DNA from: Octopus vulgaris
Taxonomy: Eukaryota
Assembly: GCA_951406725.2 (NCBI GenBank)
Contig: OX597834.1
Span: 25,544,001 to 25,608,000, forward strand
Direction: 5' to 3'
Length of the DNA stretch: 64,000 nucleotides
Part shown: positions 39,315 to 50,899 of the stretch, piece after piece
How the letters are laid out: every line of letters begins with the position of its first letter
Position numbering within the stretch: position 1 is the stretch's first letter
The notes under the pieces: generated by a model
The model's database searches: none
Seen by the model: the letters and a program-made list of their open reading frames with translations, nothing else
What the model was told of the DNA's origin: nothing
Program-made: the position numbers and the translations under genes

Positions 39315-40612
39315 GTAGGTCCCGGGTTGAGTCGGGGTTAACCACAGTAAATAAGGTACTCAATACATAGCAGAGTAAATTAATTTATTTTATAGAAGGA
39401 GCTTCTACAGGACTAGAACTGTTTCATTCAAAATCTATATATATAGACACAAACATACACACATATATTTACATAGACACACACACACATATATACATAT
39501 ACAAATATACACATATACATAGATATACACATACGCGCGCGCAACACATGTAATCGTGATAAATCCTTCGTGGTTGAGGATGATTGCCCGGGTTTAACCT
39601 CCGTGCATGTGTGTATATATTACATTTCGCAGTCAAAAAATTCTCAGACCAAAATAAAGCACCCGAAACTACAGCGCTTAGACAAGAAGCCACCACACAT
39701 CAACCGTCGTCCCTCTAAAATAAAAGGGGGGAAAAAGCAAATATATGTGGGGGGGGGGGAGCGGGGGCAATAACATTCCTTCACCCACTAAACAGTTTAA
39801 CAATCCCGACCAAAATCTGGAAGGAGGAGGGACAGACCCCAACATTTAAGACAGGGAAGAAGAAGAAAATTCCAGAAAATACATTAACAATGTCAGACAT
39901 TTTAAATAGACGAGAGTCAACGTGGGAACCTGTCTGGAGTCACTAAAAACCGCTAGAAATAGCAGTGAAATATCCCTTGAAATCCCACCTTAGTATCTTA
40001 CATAAGTAGCTAATGTGGTTTCAGATATACCTACCGATTGATCGACGAAGTGGTTACCGTTAGTATGTCTTTATTGATAGTCTGATCAAGTCTGCCCTGA
40101 GGCTAAACAATAAACACAAAAGCAATTAAAAGCTCAACCTGTTAGAAATAGCAGCCAAATCCCCCATTCCCACCCCACTGTTATTGTCTTTAAATAGAAG
40201 TGACGGGGTACAATGGGCAATGTTGCCCAAGGTTCTCAAAAAGAGAATGGAAAGTTTATGATGGCTTAATTAGAGCCGCCGACTCGGCTAAAACCAACAA
40301 CTGCATGCAATTAAACGTATCTTTCTGACGTCCATCTTCCATGTTGGCATAAGTTAGACGGTTTGAGATCTGGCGGATCCAAGACAGTTTGGAGGGGGGA
40401 AAAAAAAAGACCACGTAAACAAAATATTTCCGAAAGAAGAAAAAAAGCTATTTGTAATGTTTATCGCATTTACTCGTTTAAAATGCGAAAACTGTCAAAA
40501 CTGCGGGATATGGACGAGTAGCAAGAAAGGTAAATAATTGGTGAGTTTTAGGTTAAAAAAATTTACCAGTTGCATAATGCAATGTGGAGTAAATATCTTG
40601 TATGTGTGTATA

Positions 40613-40971
40613 GGCGCAAGAGTGCTCACCAACCACATGGTTCTGGGTTCAGTCCCACTGCGTGGCACCTTGGGCAAGTGTCTTCTACTATAGCCTCGGG
40701 CCGACCAAAGCCTTGTGAGTGGATTTGGTAGACGGAAACTGAAAGAAGCCCGTCGTATATATGTATATATGCGTGTGTGTGTTTGTCCCCCCTAGCATTG
40801 CTTGACAACCGATGCTGGTGTGTTTATGTCCCCGTTACTTAGCAGTTCGGCAAAAGAGACCGATAGAATAAGTACTGGGTTTACAAAAGAATAAGTCCCA
40901 GGGTCTAGTTGCTCGATTAAAGGCGGTGCTCCAGCATGGCCGCAGTCAAAAGACTGAAACAAGTAAAAGAG
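40613..40971 (+). mobile_element. SINE family A
   Basis: Family match with a deletion in the head. Confidence 0.9.
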
Positions 40972-41005
<34 letters not shown>

Positions 41006-41012
41006 TACACTC

Positions 41013-41183
41013 TATCGTATTTACTCTTGTATAAGTCATACCCCTAATTTAATGTTAAATCTTGGTACAAATTTTCCCCCGTCATAGTTTTAGCCGTGTC
41101 CTGTGTACAAGTCGCACCCCAGGTTTTTTGCCTGTTAAAATCAAGTGTAAAACAGTGCGACTTATACACAAGTAAATAAAGTA
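41013..41183. mobile_element. pogo/Tc2-like MITE
   Basis: TIRs tatcgtatttactcttgtataagtc / gacttatacacaagtaaataaagta; TA ends. Confidence 0.75.
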
Positions 41184-42711
41184 TGTATGTGATTTCATCC
41201 AACGAAGAGACTGACTGATTGATTTACTCAACTTGTAAATCACTTTTATGGCACTGTTTGTCTTTGGTATACAGATCGCTCCTCTGAGGTATTCCCCCCC
41301 TCAACCCTATCGTCAGTTTCTACAATCTCCTCTGTGTTTCTAGCATGAATTGAATACATCTAGTTAAAGAAATCTAATAAGATGGGAACCAGGTTGCTTT
41401 TACCAAATGACATTAAAAACCAAATTCCCACTCGTACAATATTTTCTATTATTTTCCAAAAATTTCAATCAACTGATCTTATTGGAGTTACTTCCCTTCA
41501 ATGTTAATTTTGAGGTTTCAAATATCAGTGTGTGTGTGTGTGTGTGTTGAATAAACCTCTTTGAATTGCGAGACGCAAACCGTACTTAAATGCCCGTTTC
41601 CACAACAACGTCTGGTTTTGTCAAACACCAAACAAGACAGTCAAGTTTACTGTAGAGATTAATTTATACGACTCTTTCCCTCCCCCCCACCACCACCACT
41701 TAAATGTCTGGTCTCGAATCTACTTGAGAAATTAGTATTAATTATGTCATAATTAAAGATCACAATGACATCATTTGTTTTTTAAAAACAAAACTATTGA
41801 AGGGCATTTTATCCATCGCAGAAGAATGGGGGATTAAAAAAAAAGAAAAAAGGAAAGCTGACCGATTCCCCCCGCAGGATTTGAACTTCAGAACTGAGAC
41901 GAGACGTGGCTAAGCAAGCGTGCGTGCACATGCATGCATGCATGTGTGGGTAATGAAATACCAGTGAAAGACATTTTGTCATGTGCACAAGTTATGATAT
42001 CAACGTTCCATTTCTGTATTAATAATAATAATAATAATAATAATAATGATGATGATGATGATGAGTTCAAATTTTGGCACAAGGCCAGCAATTTCGGAGG
42101 AGGGGGTCTAATCGATGACATCGATCCCCAGTGTTCAACTGGTACTTATTTCATTGACACCGAAAAGATGAAAAAGCAAAAGTCAACCTCGGCGAAATTA
42201 GAACTCAGAACGCACAATAAGGGACGGACGAAATGCCGTTAAGCATTTTGTCCGGCAAAAACATAATAATAATGCCAGAAATCCTGGATTAAACGACCGA
42301 CCCCCAGAGCCAGACTGGTGGTACGGACGGGGGCCTCTAAACCAGACCAGACCAGACGTAAAGCAAAAATACACATCAAATTGGGATTTGAATTGGAAAC
42401 CCCAGAGCATTCATTCAATAGGGGCCAGACTAGCAGAAATCATTAAAAGGTTAAATAAATAAGGTAAAGAAGCGAATGTATAGAAGATATATTTGTGTCG
42501 GTCGGTCTCTCCAAGACACTGAACAAGTGTTCTGTATAATGTAAGAGGGGGGAGGGGCGGGGGGTTGTGAAGTAGAAGGCAGACAGTCAGTCGGTGTATA
42601 TAGGCTTGGGTGTATATGTGTCTATATTACTACTGCTTACCAACCAGGCTGACTGATGGTGGTGGTGCTGGTGGTGGTGGTGGCGGCAGCGATGGCTGAC
42701 TGGCCTCTTAC

Positions 42712-42799
42712 CATCAAGTTTCATGTACAAAAACCACCAACAGAGCTAGGAAACACGCAGACACACACACACACTAGTTGGAAGCATACTGAAGTCCTC
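42712..42799 (-). CDS. Candidate alternative start exon ending ATG AAA CTT GAT G (MKLD, phase 1)
   Basis: Donor ATG|gtaaga at 42706-42711. Two acceptors: aatctttcag| (exon start 42799) and gtgtttcctag| (exon start 42745). Confidence 0.45.
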
Positions 42800-42829
42800 C
42801 TGAAAGATTCACACACAAACGTGTTATGT

Positions 42830-43065
42830 ATATACACACACATATACACGTATATATGCATAATACACACACATACATATATATATATATATAATACACA
42901 CACACACATATATATAATACACACACACACATATATATATATAATACACACACATACATATAATACACACACACACATACATATAATACGCACACACACA
43001 TATATATATATAACACACACACACACACATATATACAACACACACACACACACACACATATAACA

Positions 43066-43097
<32 letters not shown>

Positions 43098-43120
43098 TAT
43101 TATATACATACACACACACA
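42830..43120. repeat. Compound (CA)n/(TA)n microsatellite array
   Basis: Repeating atataatacacacacac units; one of many TA/CA/GA/AAT tracts in the window. Confidence 0.95.
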
Positions 43121-43334
43121 TGTAACGTGTATTGAGGTATATAGAATAAATAAAAAGCTAAGAAAAATTGTTGAACACACCAACACAAGCGATCTTTTAG
43201 ACAGTAAAAATTATATACATATAAATATATATATTTATATATACATACACACACAGAATCATTGACAGTAAAATGGTGGAATTAGAGAGGAAAGTGGTGT
43301 GCGCGCGCGCGAGCATACACAGAGACAAACACAC

Positions 43335-43367
43335 AGAGTTTGTCGATAAGTTGAAATGTACTCCAGC
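43335..43367 (-). other. Candidate 33-nt micro-exon
   Basis: Acceptor ttttctcacatgcataagtcctttccag|G, donor CT|gtgtgt; unique sequence amid microsatellites. Confidence 0.35.
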
Positions 43368-43748
43368 CTGGAAAGGACTTATGCATGTGAGAAAATAGAA
43401 ACGTGTATGTACGTGTGTGTATGTGTGTATGTCTGCCTGTATCACACACAGATGAATATATACACGCAATATGTAGGTATGATATCATTACAAACACACA
43501 CATACATACATACGTACATACATACATACGCAGATGATGTGTGCATATGTCGGTTATGTAGACACACACAAACACACACACACTCGGCCACAATGCTAAA
43601 ATGTCTATTCCGTTATATTTCACAGAAAATGGCGAAAAGGGCGGCGTTAAGTAACGGAATGTCAAGAAGTGAGGGTGTGTGTATATGTGTGTGTGTGTGC
43701 AAATAAGAGGGGGAGGAGGGGGTTCGTGTGAAGAACTAACGTCTTATA

Positions 43749-43787
<39 letters not shown>

Positions 43788-44262
43788 GCAGGACAAGTCA
43801 AGATCAGGTCACAGCTGATAGAGAGGGGAGGAGGAGGAGGAGAAGAGAGCGAAGACAGATTTAATTAAATTGGCTGGTAAGGAAGGGGGAGAGAGAGAGA
43901 GAGTAAACAAGAGACAGAGATATTAGAAGAGGAAGACAAGGAAAGAAAAAGACGATGGTGGAGGTGGTGGTCGTGGTGATGATAGTGACAGTGGTGATAA
44001 ATAATTAAAAAAGGTTTCCTTTCTAATCTACATCGTTACATATTTGTATGGTAATTGTTTAATTAAAACTGACTTTCATACACTGTTAATGTGTGTCTAC
44101 ATGCATACGAGGGTCATATATATGTATAAGACCGACATATGTATTTGTATACATACGTGTGTGTAAAAAATTTTGCGTATAATTTAGACACACGATCATA
44201 CATACACGAGTTCTATATGCATATGTATACACGCGCGCATGCACACACACACACACACAAAC

Positions 44263-44304
44263 TCAGAGACATGTCATGCTCTTGCAGGTTGTCCTCGTCA
44301 AATT
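44263..44304 (-). other. Candidate 42-nt micro-exon (FDEDNLQEHDMSL in one frame)
   Basis: Branch-like ctaac, then ttctacttcacatcaaccgcag|A; donor GA|gtttgt. Confidence 0.35.
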
Positions 44305-44429
44305 CTGCGGTTGATGTGAAGTAGAAGTTAGGTGAGACGGAGGAACGAGAGGACCCGAAGTTTGAATCTCTTCTAATGCAAAAACATTCTAGGAATCGCC
44401 CTCGACATCGCCACTACTGTAATTCCCAC

Positions 44430-45415
44430 CACCAATGCCGCCTTAGACAGAAAGAGGAGGACATGTTGGATAACGTGGTCTTAACGAGGATTTACATAAA
44501 ACGACATGATCACGGCTGGAATACCTTTAATTATAGATCTTGGTCAGGTCTAACTCGGGGTTAAGCAACTACCAGCTGGGATACCTCTACACGGTAGCTC
44601 AACCTACTAGAGATAACAGCCAAAAAAGCACCCACAAAACAAACAAGACAGTCTTCAGAAAACAACAGGAAGATGGCATTGGGTATTTATGAAGAAATAT
44701 AGACTGGGTGGCTACGACTGGAACGTTTTTGACCATACAGGCCTGCTGAATGAATAATAACCCAACATTAAATAACAACTATGACCGAAACAAGGAAACC
44801 TCTACAACGCTGCTCCACTTGTTAGAAATAACAGTTAAATCTTAAAATCCAAAGTTACCATCTTTTAAAAATATGAGAATACATTTTCTAGAAAAAAAAT
44901 TGACTGGATCGTCATTGTTGGAACCTCCTTAATCCTCATTGTCCTGTTGGATCAGAGCTATCCCAACTACTAACACCAACCAACTCCTGACCCTCACTAA
45001 ACCACCAGCAAGAATGCTGACCCTAACCGTTATTAGAGCACCCACAAGTAACCAGCCTTAAGATGTATATAGACGAGGTGGTCATAATTGGAAAGACTCT
45101 GAATCATAGTTCTGTTCGATCGAGATTGAGTTGGAGCTAAAAGACCCGAGTCAATCACCACCAACACAACAGTATTCATCAACACCACCACCACTACTAC
45201 TACTAACCAACGAGGGAAACTCAACGTGGTCGTCTGACCTGCTACAAAATAGCAATCAAATTTCTCTCACATCTCCCAAAACTCCGAGCACTGTCTTAGA
45301 CCAACCATGTAGGTTGTGAGTTTCTTGCTTATTAGAAGACGGGGATGGTCATGTTTGGAATGCTCCTGGCTATAATAAGTTGACTAGATTAGCGTTGACT
45401 TAGGTCTAAACCTAA
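44430..45415 (+). repeat. Tandem cluster of ancient family E repeat (~150-200 bp units)
   Basis: Recurring ctagaaatagcagccaaatct...gtcttaaa...ggataatg...gatggtcatggctggaatg...tgacctagggctaaacaa; many further diverged copies across the window. Confidence 0.7.
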
Positions 45416-46021
45416 ACCGTAGAAGAGAAGCCACCGCTAACCTTCCACATCACTCTGGAGGAATTTAACACCCATTACAAGATTCTTTTCCTAACAGACA
45501 CCGACCACCACACATTTCGTCGAATTCCTGGTATTCCTCACCCCTTCCATCCAATGTCTACCATCACGAGTTACCCTCAAATTCTGGAAGGATTTTTTTT
45601 TTTTCTTAAAGGTTTAATGGCAAGAATCTAAAACAATTTTTAAACAACCCCCCTCCTCCTCCTCTCTATGTAGGATTTAATAATATCGTCCTTGAGACTT
45701 TCAAGAGATCTCAAGTACGTAGTTTGGTTTATAACAGAGGGGGAGTAGGGGTCCGTGACGTAGGAGCTGACTACAGACTGATAAACAGAGAGCCAGAGGC
45801 GGTGGCGTGGTAGGAAAATGGGTGTGGTGCTAGAGAGAGAGAGAGAAAGGGAGAAGTGCTAGATAAGGAGTAAGGAGAGGGAAGAGAAAAGACGTGTGTG
45901 TGTGTGTGTGTATTGGAAACTTGTGGTAACAGGGATAGATGGCAAAAGTTGGGTGGGAAAAGGGTGAAGTGACATGGAGAGAAACGTGTGTGTGTGTGTG
46001 TGTGTGTGTGCATATTTATAA

Positions 46022-46434
46022 ACTCTTTACTCTTACTTGTTTCAGTCATTTGACTGCGGCCATGCTGGAGCACCGCCTTTAATCGAGCAACTCGACCCTG
46101 GGACTTATTCTTTGTAAGCCCAGTACTTATTCTATCGGTCTCTTTGCCGAACCGCTAAGTGACGGGGACGTAAACACACCAGCATTGGTTGTCAAGCAAT
46201 GCTAGGGGGACAAACACAAACACACAAACATACACACACATACATACATACATATATATATACTTATATACGACAGGCTTCTTTCAGTTTCCGTCTACCA
46301 AATCCACTCACAAGGCATTGGTCGGCCCGAGGCTATAGCAGAAGACACTTGCCCAAGATGCCACGCAGTGGGACTGAACCCGGAACCATGTGGTTAGTAA
46401 GCAAGCTACTTACCACACAGCCACTCCTGCACCT
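46022..46434 (-). mobile_element. SINE family A
   Basis: Full-length reverse-complement match. Confidence 0.9.
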
Positions 46435-47454
46435 GTATCTTATAAAAATAAGGTAAAGAAAAAAAGAGTATGCTAACAAAAAGTACAGAAGAGAAGAAAG
46501 TAAAGAACGAAGAGATAACAGTCTAAATGTGTGTGTTTGTTGAACGAATTAACCACTGTATATGACTGGTACTTCAAAAACCATAGAACCCAAAAGTTTG
46601 GAAATCAATGTCAGCTCCAGTAAGATACCGATCGAGCAATCGGATTAAAAATACTAATAACTGTTATAATCCTTTCTACTATAGGCACAAAGCCTGAAAT
46701 TTCGGGAGAGCGGAACAGTCGATGACATCGACCCCAGTATTCAAATCATTTTATTGACCTCGAAAAGATGAAAGGTAAAGGTCGACCTCGGCGAATAATA
46801 ACAATGATTTCAAATTTCGGCACAAGACCAGCAATTTCGGTGGTGGGGTGGGGTGGGGATAAGTCGATTACAATGATCCCAGGTGGTACTTATTTTATCA
46901 ACCCCGAAAGAATGAAACAAAAGTCAACCTCGACAGAATTTGAACTCAGACCGTAAAGATGGACGAAACGCCGCTAAGCATTCTGCCCAGTGTGCTAACC
47001 GACTCTGCCAGCTCACCTACACACACCACTATCATTATTAGCAGCAGTGTAACGAATGTAGCTGTATTGGTCACCATAGCTACATACCCACGTAATAGGT
47101 GAAACACTGCACTGACAAAGCGTGCCACACAGACACAAACAAACAAGACTAATTGGCAAATATACAATGTACTTGTAACTCTATAAAAAAAGAGAACTCA
47201 ATAAATTTGTAAAGAGTTTTAGAAAACAGAAAGCTGCAATGCCCTTACTGTGATCACGGGTTTCATCTTAGACTGGGAATCTTCAAACTATATATAAATA
47301 CATAATAACATATCATTATCACTGTTTAGCATCTGTTGTCCATTCTGACATGGGATGAGCAATCAATAGAAATTAATGAGCCAAAAGATTGCACAGAGCC
47401 CCAATGTTCATTTTGACACAGTCTCTGTAGCAGGATACATACAAATGCATATAC

Positions 47455-48900
47455 ACAAGGATTGTTCCAAAAGAAATGGAAAGTGTGCTTGACTTCACAG
47501 GTTACCCAAATTGCCACTATTAGTAGAATGACTCATCTTCTACAGTAATTCTCCATGTTGTTGATGAAGGCAAGGCGTAGGCTGTCTGACATCTGCAGAA
47601 GGCTACAAGTTGTTTACATCTTTGACAAGAGCTTTGCACAGATGGATAAAGAAATTTAAAGGGTAAACCAGCACTGAAGGCAAACCATACAGTATAAAGC
47701 CATCAGCTGTGACCACTGACATGAATCAACAAGTGGACAAATGAAGTTGCATGGACAGAGTCAGAGTCCATGAGCTTGCTGTACAGTTGAACTGTTGTCA
47801 AAATGCATTCCAGAAGATGGAAGACTTTGGGAAAGTGCAAAGTGGGTGCCTCAGCAGTTGACACTCAATTTGAAGGAAAGACAATGCAGAGAAGTTTTTT
47901 CTTTCTTTTTTTTTTTCTTATCTGGTGACAGGAGATGAAACATAAGCATAACTTTATAATCCAGAAATAAAACTAGGTCCGTCAAATAGTATCACACCTT
48001 TTGTCCAAGGTGTTAGAAGTTCGAGAGCCAGCAATTGACACAAAGTCATGGTGATTGTTTGGTGGATGACAACAGTGTAGTTCTCCTTGATTTTCTGGAA
48101 CATAACTGTACCATGAACAGCAAACAGTGGACTGAGACACCCAAAGAGCTGAAAAGTCATTAACAAGAAAAGAGCAAATAAGAATATTATCATTCACTAT
48201 GGCAACATGTGACCACACACATCCCTAGCAACAAATTGGACAGTCGGCAAAATTGTCCAGTTAATAGTCCTCCATCTACTGCAGTCTGGATCTGGTGCTT
48301 TCTGACTTCCACTTTGTTAGTCCAATGAACGAGAGTCCTTGGGGACAACAATTTGTTGAAAAAGGTAAAGTGAAAGTGGCTGTGAAGAAGTGAATACAAT
48401 AGCACACACCTGAATTTTTTCAAAGAGGTTTCAAGCGTTCAGTTATTGATAGCACAAATACTTCACTTGTGATGGAGAGAGACTGTTGAGTCATACCTTT
48501 CTTTATACAGAGCAGGGGTTCTCAGTAAATTTTTAATCTTTGGACCCCTTTTGTTTGTTTACTATTTTATTCTGGTGTAATCCTGTAGCCATTCAATGTT
48601 TTATAGACACTTATCTCAAAAATCCTATTTTGTTTTTCACACATTAACTCGCGTAGATTGAACTAAGTAGAATGTTAGAGAAAGAAACCTAGCTGTTTCT
48701 TGCAATACATACATCTAAAGTAAAATTTCCCAGGGGCCCTTAAAATACTATTGTGGATCCCCAAAATTCTTATATGGATCTTCAAGGGCCAATTGGACTC
48801 TGGTTGAGAACCACTGATATAGAGGAAGAATCTGAATAGCCTGTGTTAGTTAATAAAAAAAAGTTATACTCTTTTTGCATTACTTTCAAGACAACCCATG
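47455..48900 (+). mobile_element. Dead mariner (DD34D-type) transposon with a nested hAT MITE
   Basis: Remnant motifs KWVPQQLT, LVTGDET..LYNPE, KVMVIVWW, DLVLSDFHF; degenerate inverted ends caaggattgttccaaaagaaatg / cattactttcaagacaacccatg. Confidence 0.8.
48513..48816. mobile_element. hAT (Charlie-like) MITE, 8-bp TSD
   Basis: TIRs caggggttctca / tgagaaccactg; TSD atacagag / atatagag. Confidence 0.88.
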
Positions 48901-49317
48901 TGCATGTGAGAGAGAAAACCAATACATTATTCACAAGTTCTAAGATTCCAATGGACTATTCAGGGGTAGCTGACAAGTCCAATGTAAAGCATTCTATTAT
49001 TTGTTCAACAGATGGGTGATAAATTCAATGCTAAAAATGCAGGCAGTTCAAGACTATCTAAGCTCTTTCTGTTCAGTTTGTTTCATCCTCATTTGTTCAG
49101 ATGCCACATTTTGTAATGAGACTGCACCAGGTTATATACAACTATAGACAACAGTGACATCTTTTCTGAAAATAGTCAAGATACATATATGTTGATGATC
49201 ATGTACTATTACACACACACACCATACATACAACATCATATTATTTATGTGTACATTCATATAAACTTGTCTATATACAGAGACAAACATACAAACTACA
49301 TACCAGTCACATCCCTA

Positions 49318-50480
49318 CACAGGGTGCTTCAGTTTGTTTTGAGAGTACCTCTTTCAAGAGCTCTTTTTTTTTTCTTAATTTTCATATAAATAATATCAGA
49401 CATCAGGATGACCCAGCAAATGAAAAGGTGCATTGTAATTATTGCCTTAAAAGTGCAGCAGTGATACAGAGATAGCTCACTTCCTCAAAGTTACCTTATC
49501 CTTCACTGACAAAGTTCAAAAGGAGCTAGAAGCTGCTGATGTGGATCCAACATCAGCAACTAAATGCAAAAGTACAAGGTCCTAATACCATCACATCATA
49601 TAACTTCATGCAAAATGCCCAAGAAATAATGAAAACTCCAGAAAGCCAATTAGAATCATTGCAAAGGACTTCAAGGTTTCAGAATGCACCATCAGAAGGG
49701 TTGTGCACAAGGATATCCTGTACAAGCCATATGTGAGGCAGAGAGTCAGATTATTTCAGATGTGACAAGTGAGAATCATTTAATCCACACCAAACACTTA
49801 AGGCTTGAATGCTTTGATTTTTCTCCAATTACAAAAACTTCAATTGAAACCAAAGGAAAGACAGATGGTTATGCAGCGACCCAAATCAGGTTTCAACAGT
49901 CATGCATACTAAGTTCCCAGCAATTGCTATGGTTCCGGAAGTCATCGGCAACAAAGATGTCATGCCTCCACACTTTTTTCACAGAAGTATTAGAGAAAGT
50001 TGTGAGGCCCTGAATAGACAGAATATGCAATGGAAGGCCATATGTTTTCCAACACGATTCTACCCTGTCTCACAAGGCCAGGACAACTCAAGCATGGATG
50101 CATGCCAATCTCCCTGATCAATGTCTCCAAGACACATGACCTCCTAGCTCACCAGACCTCGATCCACTGGACTATTACATGAGGCATAGTCAAGAGAAAG
50201 GTCAATCAACACTCCCATAACACCATACAATCTCTGAAATTCACTATAACCAGTACTATGTCAAAATTGATAAAAATCATCAGATTTGGGCATGTCAATG
50301 CTTCCACCTACATATTGAAGCAGCCATTGATGTTAACAGTAGAATCAATGGATATGTATGATAAAAGGATTCTTGTGATTATTTGTATTAATTTGTTTAC
50401 AAATACAGCTTTTCTTTGATGAGCTATACGTCTTCTTCTAGATTCATAAAAATGACATCAAAGAACTGATGCACTGTACA
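49318..50480 (+). mobile_element. Dead Tc1/mariner transposon, maT (DD37D)-like
   Basis: Motifs TKFPA, DVMPPHFF, RPYVFQHDS..H, PPSSPDLDPLDYY; ends cagggtgcttcagtt / aactgatgcactgta. Confidence 0.85.
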
Positions 50481-50899
50481 TAAAAACCATACAATTTTAT
50501 ATATATGTACACAGTCCCACAATTTCATATCTGCTGTATAAAAATCAATCTCGATTAGAAATTCCACTCACAAACTTTTAGTTTAATCAACTGAACTACC
50601 ACACTTATTGATTTAATGTGAAAGTGGCTGAATATTCCACAGTTACATGTACCTCAAAAGTAACTCTCAGATGAAAAACAACATGGCACAATGTGACAAG
50701 GCAGAACCTTTAAATTCCAGATACAATCCATCTGACAGGCTTCAACACTATTTCTGTCTACCCAGTTTCGTTCATGGTCTGGGTTGACCTGAGGCGATAG
50801 AAAATGACATGCCCAAGAAGTTTCACAGTGGGACTGAGCACACAGTTACTCTTGATTGAAAAGTGAATTTCTTAACCATTTAGCCATATTGCACATTTT

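Noticed and set aside
42656-43706. Long ORFs rich in YI/CV/HT dipeptides (also 30574, 38680, 60303, 63221 and others)
   Set aside because: Translations of (TA)n/(CA)n microsatellites.
44288-44331. Plus-strand exon cttgcag|GTTGTC...TTAG|gtgaga
   Set aside because: Stops in all frames, no partner exons, and it overlaps a better-supported minus-strand candidate.
49101-49130. Plus-strand 30-nt exon candidate (ttgttcag|ATGCCAC...CAG|gttata)
   Set aside because: Isolated; no compatible neighbouring exons found.
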